Shown here one piece after another: positions 38,123 to 52,481 of a DNA stretch of 64,000 nt. Origin of the DNA: Hydrolagus affinis (taxonomy: Eukaryota); the NCBI GenBank assembly GCA_012026655.1, contig JAAILG010000075.1, positions 1 through 64,000 on the forward strand, read 5' to 3'. The translations under genes and the position numbers were made by a program. Below the pieces are notes generated by a model that did no database searches, was not told the DNA's origin, and worked only from the letters and a program-made list of their open reading frames with translations. Each line of letters begins with the position of its first letter. Positions within the stretch are counted from its first letter, which is position 1.

Positions 38123-40837
38123 AATGCAGGGTGGAACAGCTACTCTAATACGAGACCTGAGATTTGCTTTCTTACTGTGTCTGAAATGGAAACGTATATT
38201 CCCATTCACTTCACTAACCTGCCTCATCATAATGAGCTCTCCTAACACAGATGAGGGGAGCCTGGCAGAAGGGCAGATAAGCTGTTTAAATACAAAATGT
38301 CATGCTGTAAAAGGAAGCATTGTGTTTGGTCTCTGGGCAAAGAGCAGTGTTTCTCATTCGGTTTGCTCCTGGGACAGAGTATACACATTTAATTGGAAAA
38401 CTCAATAGCTGAGTTTGCTTAAATATCTTTATATGTGTTTGCTTATTGTGCTGTGGGTGTACAGGGGTAGCTGAGAGCAGAATACTTACCATTTGATTAA
38501 AATATAATAACATTGAAACACCAGAAAACCACAGACAAAGAAATGTAAAATCTCTTAGAGTATGTATTGACTCGCATTCTACAGTACAAGTTAGTCAAAT
38601 TTTGTAGATTGCTTGTTCCTTAGCCATTTTGCATTTTCAACAACACATTTTGTTCTGGTGTACATTCTGCCTAACTCTATCAGTGCTGCTTTTTGCTTGG
38701 GGGAAGGAAGCATTCCCCAGAGTGCAAGGCTGCTCTTTTTCAGATATTTTTAGAACTCATTGAACAAGCTTGCCTGCAGTCACAAATGCAAGGATTATTA
38801 TTGTTATTATACAACAAATCATCTCTCAGGCAGGCATTTTCCTGAGCTCATTTTTGCAAATTTGTAATAGCATATCTGGTCTAGCCATGGCACAAACAAA
38901 CATGTGGATTATTCACATTTATATATTTAAATAAGGTAGTGCAATAAAGATTTTGAGTTTTGCAACTGAATAAATCAAATTATTGTCAAGCCCTTTGGCT
39001 GGGATGGAAAGGTCCCTGTTGGGATTCATACTTCCTGAGATTCTTAAAAATAATTCCAAAATATTAACCATTGAATATACAGTATCTGGATGTCTTTCAC
39101 TGAACCTACACTTGGAAACCTATCTTCTTCAACCTGCAAGAAGCTTCTTTTGATTGCGATCCAATTTTGCAGATATGATAGTGTTGTATGAGTGGAGTTC
39201 AACAGTTAGCATAGTATTTGCCAATCCTTTTATAAACCCTGCCAATTGGGCCCTGATATATAGCTCCATTGATTATTAATAATAATAATCTAACCTAAAA
39301 TGTCTCAACATTCTTCACACATAATTGCTGTAAGGTGAACCCAGAAACCAATTTTCACCTAGCGTCGCCCCACATTCATGAAGTTAATGACTGAAATTGA
39401 TCTGGGATAAAATTTATTGCTGGCCAGGAGAATAAACTCCAGTTTATTTCTCAGATATTTAAGCCCTCAGCTACCTAAGAGCTGAAAAAAAATAGGCAGG
39501 ATTGTTAGGAATACCATAACAAAGGGCCACTCTAACAAAACTTCCAGTATGATCCAAAAAATACCTGAAGGTGTCTTTGATCATCTGTTGTTTATATTTG
39601 GAATAAACATACTATTTGAATTGGAAGTGCTCTAAAGTGGAATAATTTAGAACTATTCAAACACTGTACAACCAGAAGTGTATCACATGGTTTGTAGCTA
39701 ATGTTGAGAAGTATAGGCAGGAACTTTCTGCTTAAATCCAAATAAATTTTCACTTAACAGAGGTTTGTGTGAGTCAGTCTGAATGTAACTTTCAATCGTA
39801 AGTATCATAGAATGTTACAACATAAAGTTGATTTGTAATTAAAATGTAAATTTAGAGCAAAATTTCACTGCACCTAAATACTTAAATGTTGGTTGTTATT
39901 TGTAGAAAAATGTTTTAAATTGTTGTAATAGTTAAAGCTATGGTATATTACTGTATGTTTTTGCAGATTTGATATCATTCTGATGAGCCTTCTGCAAGTT
40001 GATGGAAAATGAAGGTAGTTTGTTAATGTCGCTTTGCTCATTACAACATGTTGAGTAGAGAGCATGTATCACACGCACACTGCTACTTGGGTGAGCAATC
40101 AAAATGTATTGAATATGACTAAATTGTTCAGTCAGTTGTTAAGAATAAGAATGATCTTAAACTCACTGATTAATGCAGGATGACAGATAGTGCTTGCCAA
40201 CAGGCAAAGGGTTGTTTGGTTCAAAATGCATGTCACAGATGCATATTCACTCAGCGATTTTCTGTTCTTAACCAGCAATGACGTTTGTCTCCATAATACA
40301 TAAGAATACATGTTTTTACATTCATATTTAAGACCATATCTAGAAATATAGACTATTTAATTGAAATGCATAGCAAAATATTGCATTATAGGACTTTCTT
40401 GATTTTTTTTACAAACAAGAAAAAATCTTGTTTGTGTTTACAGTCAGAGGTTTGTCTCCAGAATTGTTTGTGTTCATTGGAGAGACATTAACATCCACAT
40501 GTTCCTCATCTTGCTTGAGAATACACAAGTCATTGCTCCCTCCCTACTGACCTTGTATGTCAGACAGGAAGAGCAAGCTTGACAACGTGAATGTCAGAAA
40601 CGTTCTTGTTTCCTCACCAAAGTCACTGAGCACTTCAAGAAATAATATCAAACTCTTATGTGTTTCAGATTAAAATTTACAGTTTGTTGACCTTCAGAAG
40701 TGGCTGATTAGAGGAGTAAAAGACACAATCCTGTAAGTAGTAAATGTATAAATGTGATTATTTGATTGAGAGATGAATCTCTCTGTTCTGACCAAACAGA
40801 TTTTTGAAAACAGTTTTAGAACTAAAAAAATCCTACA

Positions 40838-41098
40838 AATCCAGGCAGGTCAGGGCGAAACCTTGGGCAAGTTTCCTTACTCCACATGCCTAATAATAAT
40901 CCGTTCAAAATAAACCACAATAATAAAATTGGTCATTTCAATCCATGACTGTTCGTGGGACACTGCTGTGCGCAATTGGCTGCCACGTTTCGCCCACAAA
41001 TATACAGTCAATTCACTTAACAGTATACTCTGTGAAGCGCTTTGAGACGTCGATAAGATGTGAAAAGCGCTATATCAAATGCAAGGATTATTATTATT
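40838..41098 (+). mobile_element. SINE (5'-truncated)
   Basis: GGCGAAACCTTGGGCAAGTTTCCTTACTCC through AAATGCAAGGATTATTATT. Confidence 0.85.
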
Positions 41099-44000
41099 TC
41101 ATGAGTAATGTTTCATGCCTTGACTTCAATCAAGGATATAATTCTTATCAAACCCCTCCTTTAAACAGAGAATATTTCCCATTATTGTATTATGTTAATC
41201 CTGCATCCAGCCACAAAGTGCTTCTCCAAATATGGGCTTTTCATTTGGTTAGGGAGTGTTTAAAATCACTGTATCAGCCTGTTTTCTCTATTTGGCCCTG
41301 AAGTGTTGTGGTTTTCTGTCAGAATGCCTTTCAAAACTCACCATACTTTGTCATCATAGTGTTTCTCCTTATTTGGCTCTGCCTTTCAGCAGTGGGTTAT
41401 TGTCCTGCGCATTTGTGTTTTCCAGCGTTTCTCTTGATATCATTGCCAAGACTTGCTTAAGAATGTATAGCCTGAAATGACCCTGTCTCTCATTCCATCC
41501 TTCTCCCCAGAGAGAAAGTGTTGGCTTCCGTTCAATGCTTTCCAAGTTGGTTGGGATCAAGATGTTGGTACATGAAAAATAGGGAGGTCAAACCTTCGTG
41601 AAAGGCGCTTTATAAGTTTAAGTTGTTGTTTGTTTTGTTGACATGTTAACACTCTTAACATGCTGCATCACCTGCTAGGCTTTTAGATAGATTGATAGAA
41701 TTAACTTTCCATTTGCTTATTTATTATGCCCAAAGGAAGAGCTCATGGGACAAAGTTATCTTTTTACTGTCAACAACAACAACTTAGATTTATATAGCGC
41801 CCTCCAGGCTGGATGGCATCTCAGAGCGCTTAAATAGCTAGTCTATAGTGTATGAAAAACAAGATTAGTTGGAATTAATAGGCACATAGAATAAATGCAT
41901 GCTTCTTCATCATTCATTTGAACATTTACATTACCTATGAATATAGTGATGGAGCAGAAAATAAAATGCTGACCATGTCTGTTTATATGTGCGCATAGAA
42001 GAGAAGCCAAGGGAAACCTGAAAAAATGCCTGCTCGAAATTAATAGTCAGTGGTAAATGTTGTCCAGACATTGCTTTTAAATGATACACACAAGGACATT
42101 TTACTGCTTAATGAAAGGATATCTGGAGCTAGAGATTCACATCTTTATACTGCCAGGCCACAAGCTGACCAGAAGACATTTAAAGCCTATTTATAGAGCT
42201 CTGCATTGAGGTCAGATCGTGTTAACATAAGCAGGCTGGCTCTAAGTGGTTATCCTGTCCACTACCTCAACACTCCAAGCAATATTAAATTTCCAGTCTA
42301 GGCCTAGCTATTTTTGTGATAGACAATGCCAGGTGTTTCATTTAAGAAATTATCAAGGGCTCCAAATACAGTACTACACATACTTCAGCTATGTCACAAG
42401 AAAAATAGGTGGATAAAGGGCCTATACTCTATCTTCTATCATTTCTGGCTATAATAAATTACAGGGTGGTTGACAAATGTTTGGATAACAGTTTCATCTC
42501 TTACACAGTACTTGGCCACCAAATACATTTGACGTATAACCTGTGAAGCGCTTTGAGATGTCTCTTAACAGTGTATGCAAATGCTAGGATTATTATTATT
42601 ATTATTCTTGTGCTGTGGCAGGATGTCATGTTGGTATTCCGGGGACTAATATTCTCATGTATTATTCTGCAGTCTCATTGCATTTTTTTTGCCAGCATGG
42701 AAGGATCCCATTTATCCCATTTTATTTTACAGTAAAATTGACTCTGTGATTACCAGAGTGATATCATTTCTCACATGCCGATGTGGAACACTGGATTTAT
42801 TTGCAAACTGAACAACACACCATGCAAAACATTAAATAAAAGCCCCTGCCCAAAACAAACACAAGCAATTGGATTCAGTTATTGCATTCAGTTAGTGCAT
42901 GATCTCCTGCAAAAGCATTGTAAATTTTGTATGTTTAGGAATATATATTCAATAGGAAACAATTAAAATATACTCTAAAGCAAAACTTGTGTTAAGAAAC
43001 AGGATCATTTCAATCGGAGTGTTGTAATGATTTGGTAACTGGACTTCAGTCGACTGAATGGATGAATGATTAACCTTTTGAATAGAGAAAATAGACACAT
43101 GGGCAGTCTGTAAATAGAAATGCAGAGGCTAAAAGTCCAGCTTATAAAACTCATCACCTAAATTCCATATACTTGAAGTAGAATGCTCTACATCCAGTGA
43201 ATATTACAGAATATGACTCAGTTAAAAAACCCAGTGACTTACGTGAAATAACAAGATCCCAAGCTTTATACTCTATCTTTTGAGTCAGTTGATCTCAGCC
43301 AAGGCAATCGTTGAAACAATACCACTAGACAATAATGGGTCCCACTACCACTGGACTAGATACAGAAAATTAGTTATGAGTTCTCGCTCTGCAACAGCAA
43401 TGGGATAAAACAGTTGTGAATACAGTACTTTAAAATAAAGACAGGATTAAGTCTGACCTTGATACAGCTCATACTCTGCTGTTATTCACAGAGGTCTAGT
43501 TTATGGTATACAAAAGGGATGGGAAGTGCTAATTTGAGCCTTTTCAGTTGGCTTGAAAGGTTGGATTCAGGTTAGCTATTTCCAAAAGCTACTGGACAGT
43601 TCTCACCTTTTTCCACTTGTTCTTCAGTTCACTCTGTGCCATGCACCAAACTATAGCTGATAAGCATGCAGCCTCCAATCAAATATGTCAGTGTAACTGG
43701 TCATGAGGAGTTTTACGCTTGAAGTGTAATTTTATTGAATAGTTTGCATGGAAAATGAAAGAGGGCAATGAATGTTTCAAACAAACAAATGAACAAAGAC
43801 ATCACGAATAAGTCTTTACGCTGATTCTGATAGTTTATTCATTAAAGCTGCCTTATGCGACATGTTATGCTTTATTTATTTTATTAATCAATTATTATTC
43901 TCTTTTCCCTGAACATCATAGGGTTTTAAAAAGGTTGAATAATTAAGTCACTTTTTAAAAAAAAATCTGTTAACTATTTTTGGTGGTGTTTTAGGTTGCA

Positions 44001-47000
44001 GATATTAATCAACTTCAAAAAGTCGTAGAAGATTTTGGTTACACTACATCATTCACTTGATCATGAGAATACATCAACTTTCTGAATATAGTTTTGTTGC
44101 GACATACTGTAGTTCAATAGTTGCCTAGCATTCAAGTCGATAAACTTTATACAGTTGCTATTGAAATTCGCATTCAACTCATGAGATGTGGTGATGCACA
44201 GCTGTGTTTTCCAAGTCCTTTTTTTAGAAGCCATGATAATCCTCCGAGTGATAGGTCTGACAACATGAACATTTAATCTGGAGATGTGCATGATCTGTTT
44301 CCAATTACATGAGTCACTGAATTTGTTTTTAAAAAAGCATCAGATTCTGCCTCAGGTCACTGACACTTTTGAAATTTTGTTTGGAGGAACTTATCAGGCA
44401 ATTTAAACAATCCTGAACAAAGTCCAGGGATAGTTTACATAGTGGTAAAGGAAAATTTGGCTTCTTTAAATTTAAAAATAAATAAAAGCTCATTGTTTTA
44501 AATGACCAGAATTTATTTTAATATGCAAGTGTACTTTACTAAGAACAAATCAATTTCACGTATAAGATTGGGGGGAGCTAGCACAATATCATATACTGTA
44601 TCTTTTACAATTGTTTATGGAATCTTATTCAGACTCAAACACATCAATGTTTCATTTGTCAATTAAATCAATCAAATATGTAACCCTAGCCCTATATTTC
44701 AATGATAAAAGTAAGATTTAAAAGAGCCCATTGACTTGGTCAAATGTTCAGGATAAACTTTCAGATAACAATTCTTTACTTCGCTGCAGAAAACAAAAAA
44801 GAGTTGCGAATGATACAGAACAATGAGTAAAAGCGACATATCTTGATAGCTCTTCATATTGCATGAGTGAAGTGTTGTCAATAATAAGCTAAAAATTTCT
44901 CTTCTGGCTGTCCAAACTGGAAATGCAACTGAATAGTTTAACAATAATGCATTGACATAGATGCACATTTGCCTCTGGTGATCAGCTGTGACAGGTCAAT
45001 TCTCAATATGCCACAGTAAGTGCACTTCATTTGCTTTAGATTTTATTCTGATGTGAGCAACGCCCAGCTGACAGGTTCATGCATTTTTATCTCAATTCCT
45101 AATCTAAAATGATATTAGAGAAAAAGATAAATCGCTGGGATTCAGTCTTCCTTTCATGTTAATTGGGACTTGCCTGGTGTTGTTTGCATGATTTGTATCA
45201 ACTTGTTTGCAGTGCAGGATTCACTGATATATGGGAAGCGAGACCAAATGATTCTATAATCCAAAGTCAACATCATGCATATTTATTGCTAGACAAAGTT
45301 GCTAGACTGAGTTCCAGCCTTTTGTCTAGCAATAAATATTGCTAGAATTTATTTATTGCTAGCAATAAATATTGCTAGACAAAACACTGTCACAAACTGA
45401 TCACAAATGTACTGGCAAACAAGAAGATAGGTTTATTTTAGGAAATAATGTCTTGGGATACAGTAAACAATTTGGGACATGACGTGTGCAAGTGATGGCT
45501 AGGATGATGGAAGGAACTTAGTCTTCTTTCATCTTGCAATTCTTATAAATAGAAAAACAAAACTCCTATTTCTACAGTGTTGATATCTTTATCAAAGAAG
45601 TGATCCTCCTCAATGATACAACATTAAATCATAAAGATTAACACTGTACAGTGTTGCTCTTTTATGGGATTTGTAGAGAAAACACTTTATTTATGAGGTA
45701 GTCTACAATTATTGTGTGGTCAAAAAACAGGTCGAAACAACTGCAAGTAAAATCAATGGTAACATGAACCCACTTGCATTTACTCTAGAATTGAGATTAA
45801 TGCCAATTGTTTTTGCAGTACTATATTCACCAATGATGACCATAACACATTCACAGCACAGGTAGCTATTGCTAGTGATGGCTCAAATGTGAAATTAAAC
45901 ACAAACTTTAGATTTGAAAATGAGCAATTATTTTTAGGCTATGTCATACTGTAGGTAGTTTTTGACTGAAGCTATCCATTTATCATTTATCTTCTGTTTT
46001 TTTTGAAAAAAAGAGTGGAAAGTGTGTAAAGGTAAAATCAATGGATCAATGGTATTCTGTCTCAAAATTGGCAAAAATCGTATTGTTCATACCCAGTATT
46101 CCTCAAACATTTGGTTATTTAGCGCTGGCCTTTTGTTTTTCATGGGAGATTTCTCCCTACACCTTTCATAACCTTATGCGTGCCTCGCATTCTATCACTA
46201 TATGTTATTTGAATACAGGTATCTTGGTCACGTTTTGTAATGTATGACCTTGAACTGAACAAACAACCATGTATTTTTACAGTCCTGATCTAGTTTAAAC
46301 CACTCCACATAACTTACCTTAAGCTTAGCTGGAAGACGTGCCAGGTCATACATTCAATAATCATTCAGAAAGACCAGTAATTGGTAATCCAATATCAACT
46401 AAAATTTATAGCAGATTTTGTGTCTATGCATTATATGGTTAAGAAATATGACTGTGGTTCATACCATGGCTTCTTTGCAGCTCATTTTAAATAGTGTGGG
46501 GTTACTCATAAACTATGTCTGGTTACCTCTTCATCTAAATTAATATAATATTGATTGCCCATTTTCAGGCTTTTACCTGCCCAACACAGGTCACATTACA
46601 GATGAATTTCTCACTCAAGCATCATTTTGGCTGAGAGACACCAGCCTTGTCGGAGGTGCCATTCATTGGATGAGAGGTAGAATTGAGGTCCCATTTGTCT
46701 GTTCATTTGGACATTAAAGATTCATGACACTATTTGAAAAGAAAAGTTCTCCCATTATCCTGGCCAACAAAGATGCAATTGTTCATTCTTACTGTGCCTG
46801 TTTGTGGACAATATTGTGTGCAAATTAGCTGTCATATTTACCTACAAAAATAGGTCACTACACGTAAAAGCAATTACCTGTAAAGTCCTAAAAGTTGCTT
46901 CTGTAGCCCAGGCAAACATTATTATTTTACTATGTACTCTGATACAGTAGTTTAATTTACAATGTAATATTAAGCAACTTTAAAACAATCAAAGCAAGAG

Positions 47001-47004
47001 GATG

Positions 47005-47455
47005 CAGGTTCGAGGTAAAACCATAGGCAAGTTTCCTTACACTGCACACCTCTGTTTAATGTTTACCTAGCGGTAAGTGGGAACTGACGAAGGGTCGTGT
47101 GCTCCAAATGTTGACTTTTCCTTTCTCCATAGATGCTCCCTGACCTACTGAGTTTTCCCAGCAATTTCTGTTTTTGTTTCAGATTTCCAGCATCTGCAGT
47201 ATTTTTCATTTTTGTTAGTAGGAACTGCATGTTACTCAGATCACTTTCCAAAGATATTAATCCCCTCAAAAATAATAGTAGTTTGGTCACTCAATCTACA
47301 ACTGTTTGTGGGACATTGCTGTGTACAATTGGCGGTTGTGAATTCCCACAAACTTTACAGTGTATTCTGTGAAGTGCTTTGAAACATCTCAACATTTTAA
47401 CAACAATAAAATTACTTTTGTAAAATGCTACATCAAATGTAAGGATTATTATTAA
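47005..47455 (+). mobile_element. Diverged SINE interrupted by a Penelope-like insert
   Basis: 5' part (GGCAAGTTTCCTTAC) and 3' part (core and tail) separated by 47084-47212. Confidence 0.7.
47084..47212 (+). mobile_element. Second copy of the Penelope-like remnant, inserted in a SINE
   Basis: Reverse-complement similarity to 35178-35310; interrupts a SINE spanning ~47005-47455. Confidence 0.6.
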
Positions 47456-48416
47456 TTCATTATAATCCAACTAAGCCTTCCAGAAAAAATCACAAAATAA
47501 AAGACAGATCTTTATTTTACTGTGAATATTATTTGAATACATTTTAAATCATGAAATCAAATTTACTTATGCTGCACTGCTCCCTAGGCATTACCCAAGT
47601 GAGTGGATAATATTTATTTGAAGTTAATTTAAATACAGTTTCCACTTTTGTGACTTCTAAATATTGATTCTAATAATCATTACTTCTTGTTGAATGATGG
47701 ACAATTGAAAAGATAGCTGTATCTGATTCCGGGCCAACATGTAATCTGTTGTAGTGCTTTTGATCTAAATTGGCACAATGTAGAGCTCTGGCTGAACTCT
47801 CATACTTCACAGGTAAAAGCAATGGCGAATCAAACCATGATTTTTATATCCTTCATAAATTGTAGCAACAACAAAGCAACATTGCTGGACATCTGGAATT
47901 CTAAATAAATCCATCACAGTGGATTGATGGCAATTAAACAATTTAGTGCAGATAAACCTCTTAATACAAAGTAGCTTTTAAACTGATAGTGAAAATTCTG
48001 TCTTGCCACAATACTGTACCATATTAACATTGTCAATAAAATAAAAGGCAATGTGTTTTTGCTTGAATTTGTTCTATTTTTCAGCATGATGTTGAAAATG
48101 ATCACTGTTTGTAATCCATACAGTTAAAGAAAGGATCATGAGAGGCTAAATTGATCAACTAGAATATTTAACCCATTTACTCATCAACTTGAATTTGAAA
48201 TATGATTTCTGAGTTATGATATCAGAAATGTATTAAATTATAACCACAATTGGGCTGCACACCATTTAAGGAAGCAATCTCTATTAATTAAAGATTAACA
48301 TTTACGTTAATTCCCTCGACACACTGTAGTACTGCAGAAGAATAAGAGAAAGGAACCTGAACACTCTCCACTGATGTAATATTATCCAGGGATTCATCCA
48401 GGGGCTCAAATAGAAA

Positions 48417-48749
48417 ATAATAATAATAATAATAATCCTTGCATTTGATATAGCGCTTTTCACATCTTCTAGACATCTTCACATCTCAAAGCTCTTCACA
48501 GAATATACTGTAAAGTGAATTGACCGTATATTTGTGGGCGAAACTTGGCAGCCAATTGCACACAGCAGTGTCCCACAAACAGTCATGGATTGAAATGACC
48601 AATTTATCTGAGGGTTTTTTTTGACGGATTATTATTAGGTGTGTGGAGTAAGGAAACTTGCCCAAGGTTTCACCCTGACCTGCCTGGATTCGAAACACAG
48701 GTCTCACGCTTGTAAGGTGAGTGCTCTAACCACTGAGCTACAGAACTCC
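48417..48749 (-). mobile_element. Full-length SINE
   Basis: Complete tail-to-head match to the family. Confidence 0.88.
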
Positions 48750-50214
48750 AAAATGTATCTCTGGAATTTGAGGTTAGGCAAGGAAGATGAACGCAGCCAG
48801 ACACTCACTTATTTTTGGCATATGCCCATTAAATTTACCGCACAATGTTTATTTTGAAGTCCCCGATAAGTAAATCCTAAGAGTTCATTTCACAGTTGAA
48901 AATCTGCCAAGTTAAATATTGTCTAATCAATCACAATATGTTAGTTGTGGCTGCCTGAACAGAAACTGCAGAATGTTGGTAATAGTCTGTGCTGGTTCCA
49001 TTGGGAAAGGTCAGAAAATCATTTAAAAGTGCATGGTGTTTGATTTCCAATTCTGTAGAGGATTATGTTTCTGTTCCAGACAATAATCATTACAATGCAT
49101 TTTTAACATGTTTGAATTACTTAGCAAAATACAGTAGTTGAACCTAAAGCAAGTGCAGTGGAATTGAGAAGATAAATAATTCACCACATGTAGAATATTT
49201 AGAAAATATTATCTGATCACTTAAACTACTAACCACAGATTTACAAATCAATGACACTAACTGAATTATCTTAGCCCAGCATTTGTGGAACCACTGATGA
49301 GACTTGCATTTGATTTGTTGCCACACAGACCAGAGTAATCTTTCCCGGCTGGTCCCTGTGTACCCAGGCCAAATACATTTAAATTGGTCATTTATCTAAA
49401 TGAGGAATGGATGGCACCAGGGAACTAGAACAATATCTTTCAACCCCTATTGGAAGGAATTAGGAAGTAGAGACAAAAAGAAAGCTGAGAATATTCATAC
49501 TGGAGAAGATGGGCTCAGGGAAGATCTGATCAACATATTTAAAAATCCTAACAGTGTATTGAAGTTTAATAATACGTGTAACAGTATCCTAACTTTCTGC
49601 AAGAAGGTATGTATGGAGCTCAGAAGAGTGGTAAACACAATTTAGATTCAAATCGTGTACAGAGAGTGATATATTCAATGCATTATTCAAGAAGGATGTA
49701 GAGGCAGACTGGATATTCACATTCAATTTAGCGAGGAAATTGATTCAGACATATGAGAGAGAGTAATAAATCATTTTCCTTTACTTTAGGACTGGCCGGA
49801 TAAGCTGAAATGATCCTTTCCGGACTTTCATGTTGTTAGGTAAAAGCACTAGCTTTAACCTTTATCTTGTGACTGGATAAGGACTTATTCATATGTACCA
49901 TGTGTTATCAATTTATCTCATAATTCACAATCAACTTTCGTCAAAGATATTGAGTACAAGATGTAATGTCAAGTGTTGGCTGTGTCAGTGAGCAGAATAT
50001 CTCAATGCAATACTGTATAATGTTTTGTCTCAGGTCAAAGGAAAGCCAGTTATTTTGTATTTTCTCTGGATCTTTTTGATACACTTTCCCTTAGCCACTT
50101 GAGGACAAAGTGCGCGAACGAGACCCGAATATGCCTGGATTTTACTGAATAGATGAGTGAAAGGCACTCTATAAATGTAACTTTGTTATTTTGTTGTTGT
50201 TGTTGTTGAGCAAA

Positions 50215-50522
50215 CTCTGGCCTGCTCCACGTCCCCCGACCCACCTGCCCAACCATTGGCGGATGAGCCTTCAGTCACTCTGCCCCCAACCTCTGAAACT
50301 CCATCCCGAAATCCCTCCGCCTTGCCCCCTCCCTGGCCTTCTTCAAGTCTCGCCTCAAGACTCTCCTCTTCGATAGGACCCCTCGGCGACTCCTTCCCCC
50401 CACCACCACCCCCCACTCCACCCTGTCCTCAGCCCGGCTCTGAAGCAGTAACTGTCTAGCGCCTTGGGACGTCCTCCTGACGTGAAAGGCGCTATACAAA
50501 TGTAATTTTGTTGTTGTTGTTG
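50215..50522 (+). mobile_element. L2 LINE 3' end
   Basis: GAGCCTTCAGTCACTCTGCCCCCAACCTCTG...GGGACGTCCTCCTGACGTGAAAGGCGCTATACAAATGTAATTTTG(TTG)n. Similar ends at ~9460-9760, 24755-25055, 55930-56283 and 62290-62565 (+) and 13540-13820, 36680-36850 and 50780-50940 (-), plus many 50-70 bp tails. Confidence 0.88.
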
Positions 50523-52009
50523 AAAGTTTTGGGAATATCATGCTTCAAGTGCTCCAAATGTTACCCAAAGTGAAGGGCACTATATGAATGTAATTTATTG
50601 TTAATTAACCCATATTATTATGCAGCCTTTAGGAGAGAGGAAAAACAGAAAAGGAGCAAGGTCAAGAAAAAGATACAACTAAGACAAATATGAAACTTTG
50701 AAACTTAAGTGTCAAGCACTCACTGGAACATCAGTGTAATAACCTCTGACATGGACTTGTGACAAATGTATATCATCTACAACAACAACAAAATTATACT
50801 TGTATAGCGCCTTTCACGTCAGGAGGATGTCCCAAGACACTGGACAGTCATTGTTTCAGACCCAAGCTGGGGTTGGGGACGGGGAGCGTGGAGGGAAAGG
50901 GGGAATTTGGGACCGTTGAAGAGGAGGGGTCTTGAGGCGAACCTAAGTATAGATCAAAGAAAAGCAATCAGTTAAATGCAATCCATAAGTTACCTGATAT
51001 TACTTTTAAGAATATTATTTCACAATCTACATTCACAAAATGTATACTTACATCAGAGGGCAAAGGTACTCAGTTTATACCCTTGAAAGTGTACGCTATT
51101 GTGAATGCAAAATAGAAATGATAGCCCTAATCTTTTGATGCACATTACAGGTTGTATTCAAATTGTGTACTCATGAGTAATGGTTGAAAAAGAATGGTGA
51201 TTCCAAACAAAACTATCTGCTGTTTCATAGAACAGTACTGTAATTTGTTGCATACATACATCAAAAAATAATCAGCTTCGTGTAGGAATTATCGAGCTTG
51301 TATTTCCATGACAGAATAGTGGTGAACTTGGAATGTAGCGAGTCTGCTCTCATATGATTTATCATTACCCACCCTTTTATTTTCATCCAGGCCTCACTTG
51401 ACTCTTAGCTTCAGTGCTGGTTATACACCAATTCATTCCAGCTCTTTGCTTAATTTGGCAGTGTTCATGGCCCAATGAAGTTTATTTATGCATTTGTTTC
51501 CTCACAGTATAGCAACACACTGTTACCAAGTAACATTTTAGTCTGTTTGATGTTAATATTTGCTTATGGTCAATGCTCGCTCATTATCTATTTCAAAATG
51601 CATTGATTACATATAAAGCAGGATTTTGTGCGATGAAAACTGTGCCAAATAAACTCGATTCCATTTATGGTGCTGCAATAAATTGAGAATAAGTTACTGC
51701 TGCCATCTATCAGCTGTGGTTGGAAATGTTGGATAAAAGGGTGGAATATCAAAGAGCTCATAGCATATGATAACTGCTAATTAGAGTATATTATTGATAA
51801 TTTGGGCTACAGTAAATGATACATTTGTATTTCTCCAGTGTGACATTTCTCCAGTGTGACATTGGAGATCTGAAAGGTAGGAGTCAATTGAGGCCAATGT
51901 GAAAATAAATGAATGGGGCTTAAAGGCATGAAAGCAGATGCTGCATCAAAGTACCTTACTTTAGCCCCTTCTCATAAATCAGGAGCTTAATTCCAGCTAT
52001 TCAATTCAG

Positions 52010-52210
52010 TGCCCTCTACCCTCCTTAATGTCAGGATGTGCCTGGTGTAATACAGCGACCAAAATGATGCACATTATTCCAAGTGGGGCATGTTTTCAGT
52101 ATCGCTTGTTTAAACATTTTTGCTCTGCTCCCTAATACCTTCCCTGCTCTTTTTACTGCAGCCGTTCACTGTGCTGATGGTTGCAGTGATAGATTTATCA
52201 AGACGTGGAT
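52010..52210 (-). mobile_element. Decayed CR1 ORF2 fragment
   Basis: Minus strand gives a PHLE.CASFWS-like motif (CR1 PHLEYCVQFWS); related fragments at ~60600-60900 (+), 19330-19460 (+, ADDT motif) and 26830-27050 (-). Confidence 0.55.
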
Positions 52211-52481
52211 TAGAGAAGTAGATGTTCAGCTAGTTGGTCAATCAGCAGTTTCTTTCCTTCATTTGTAAAGGTCAGTGCGGTAGACCATCAGAATTGTTCT
52301 TTAAAAAGTGTACCAGATATTACTTTTTGACATAATTCATTCTTTGTGAATTTGTGAATTGCCCCATGTACTCTTCAGAAATAACCTGGATAGCTATTCT
52401 GTGATTTACTTAAATATAAATTAACTAATACTAACAAAGCATTTAAAGAGCTTAAAGGGGTGGGGGGGAGGGGGGGCTTAA

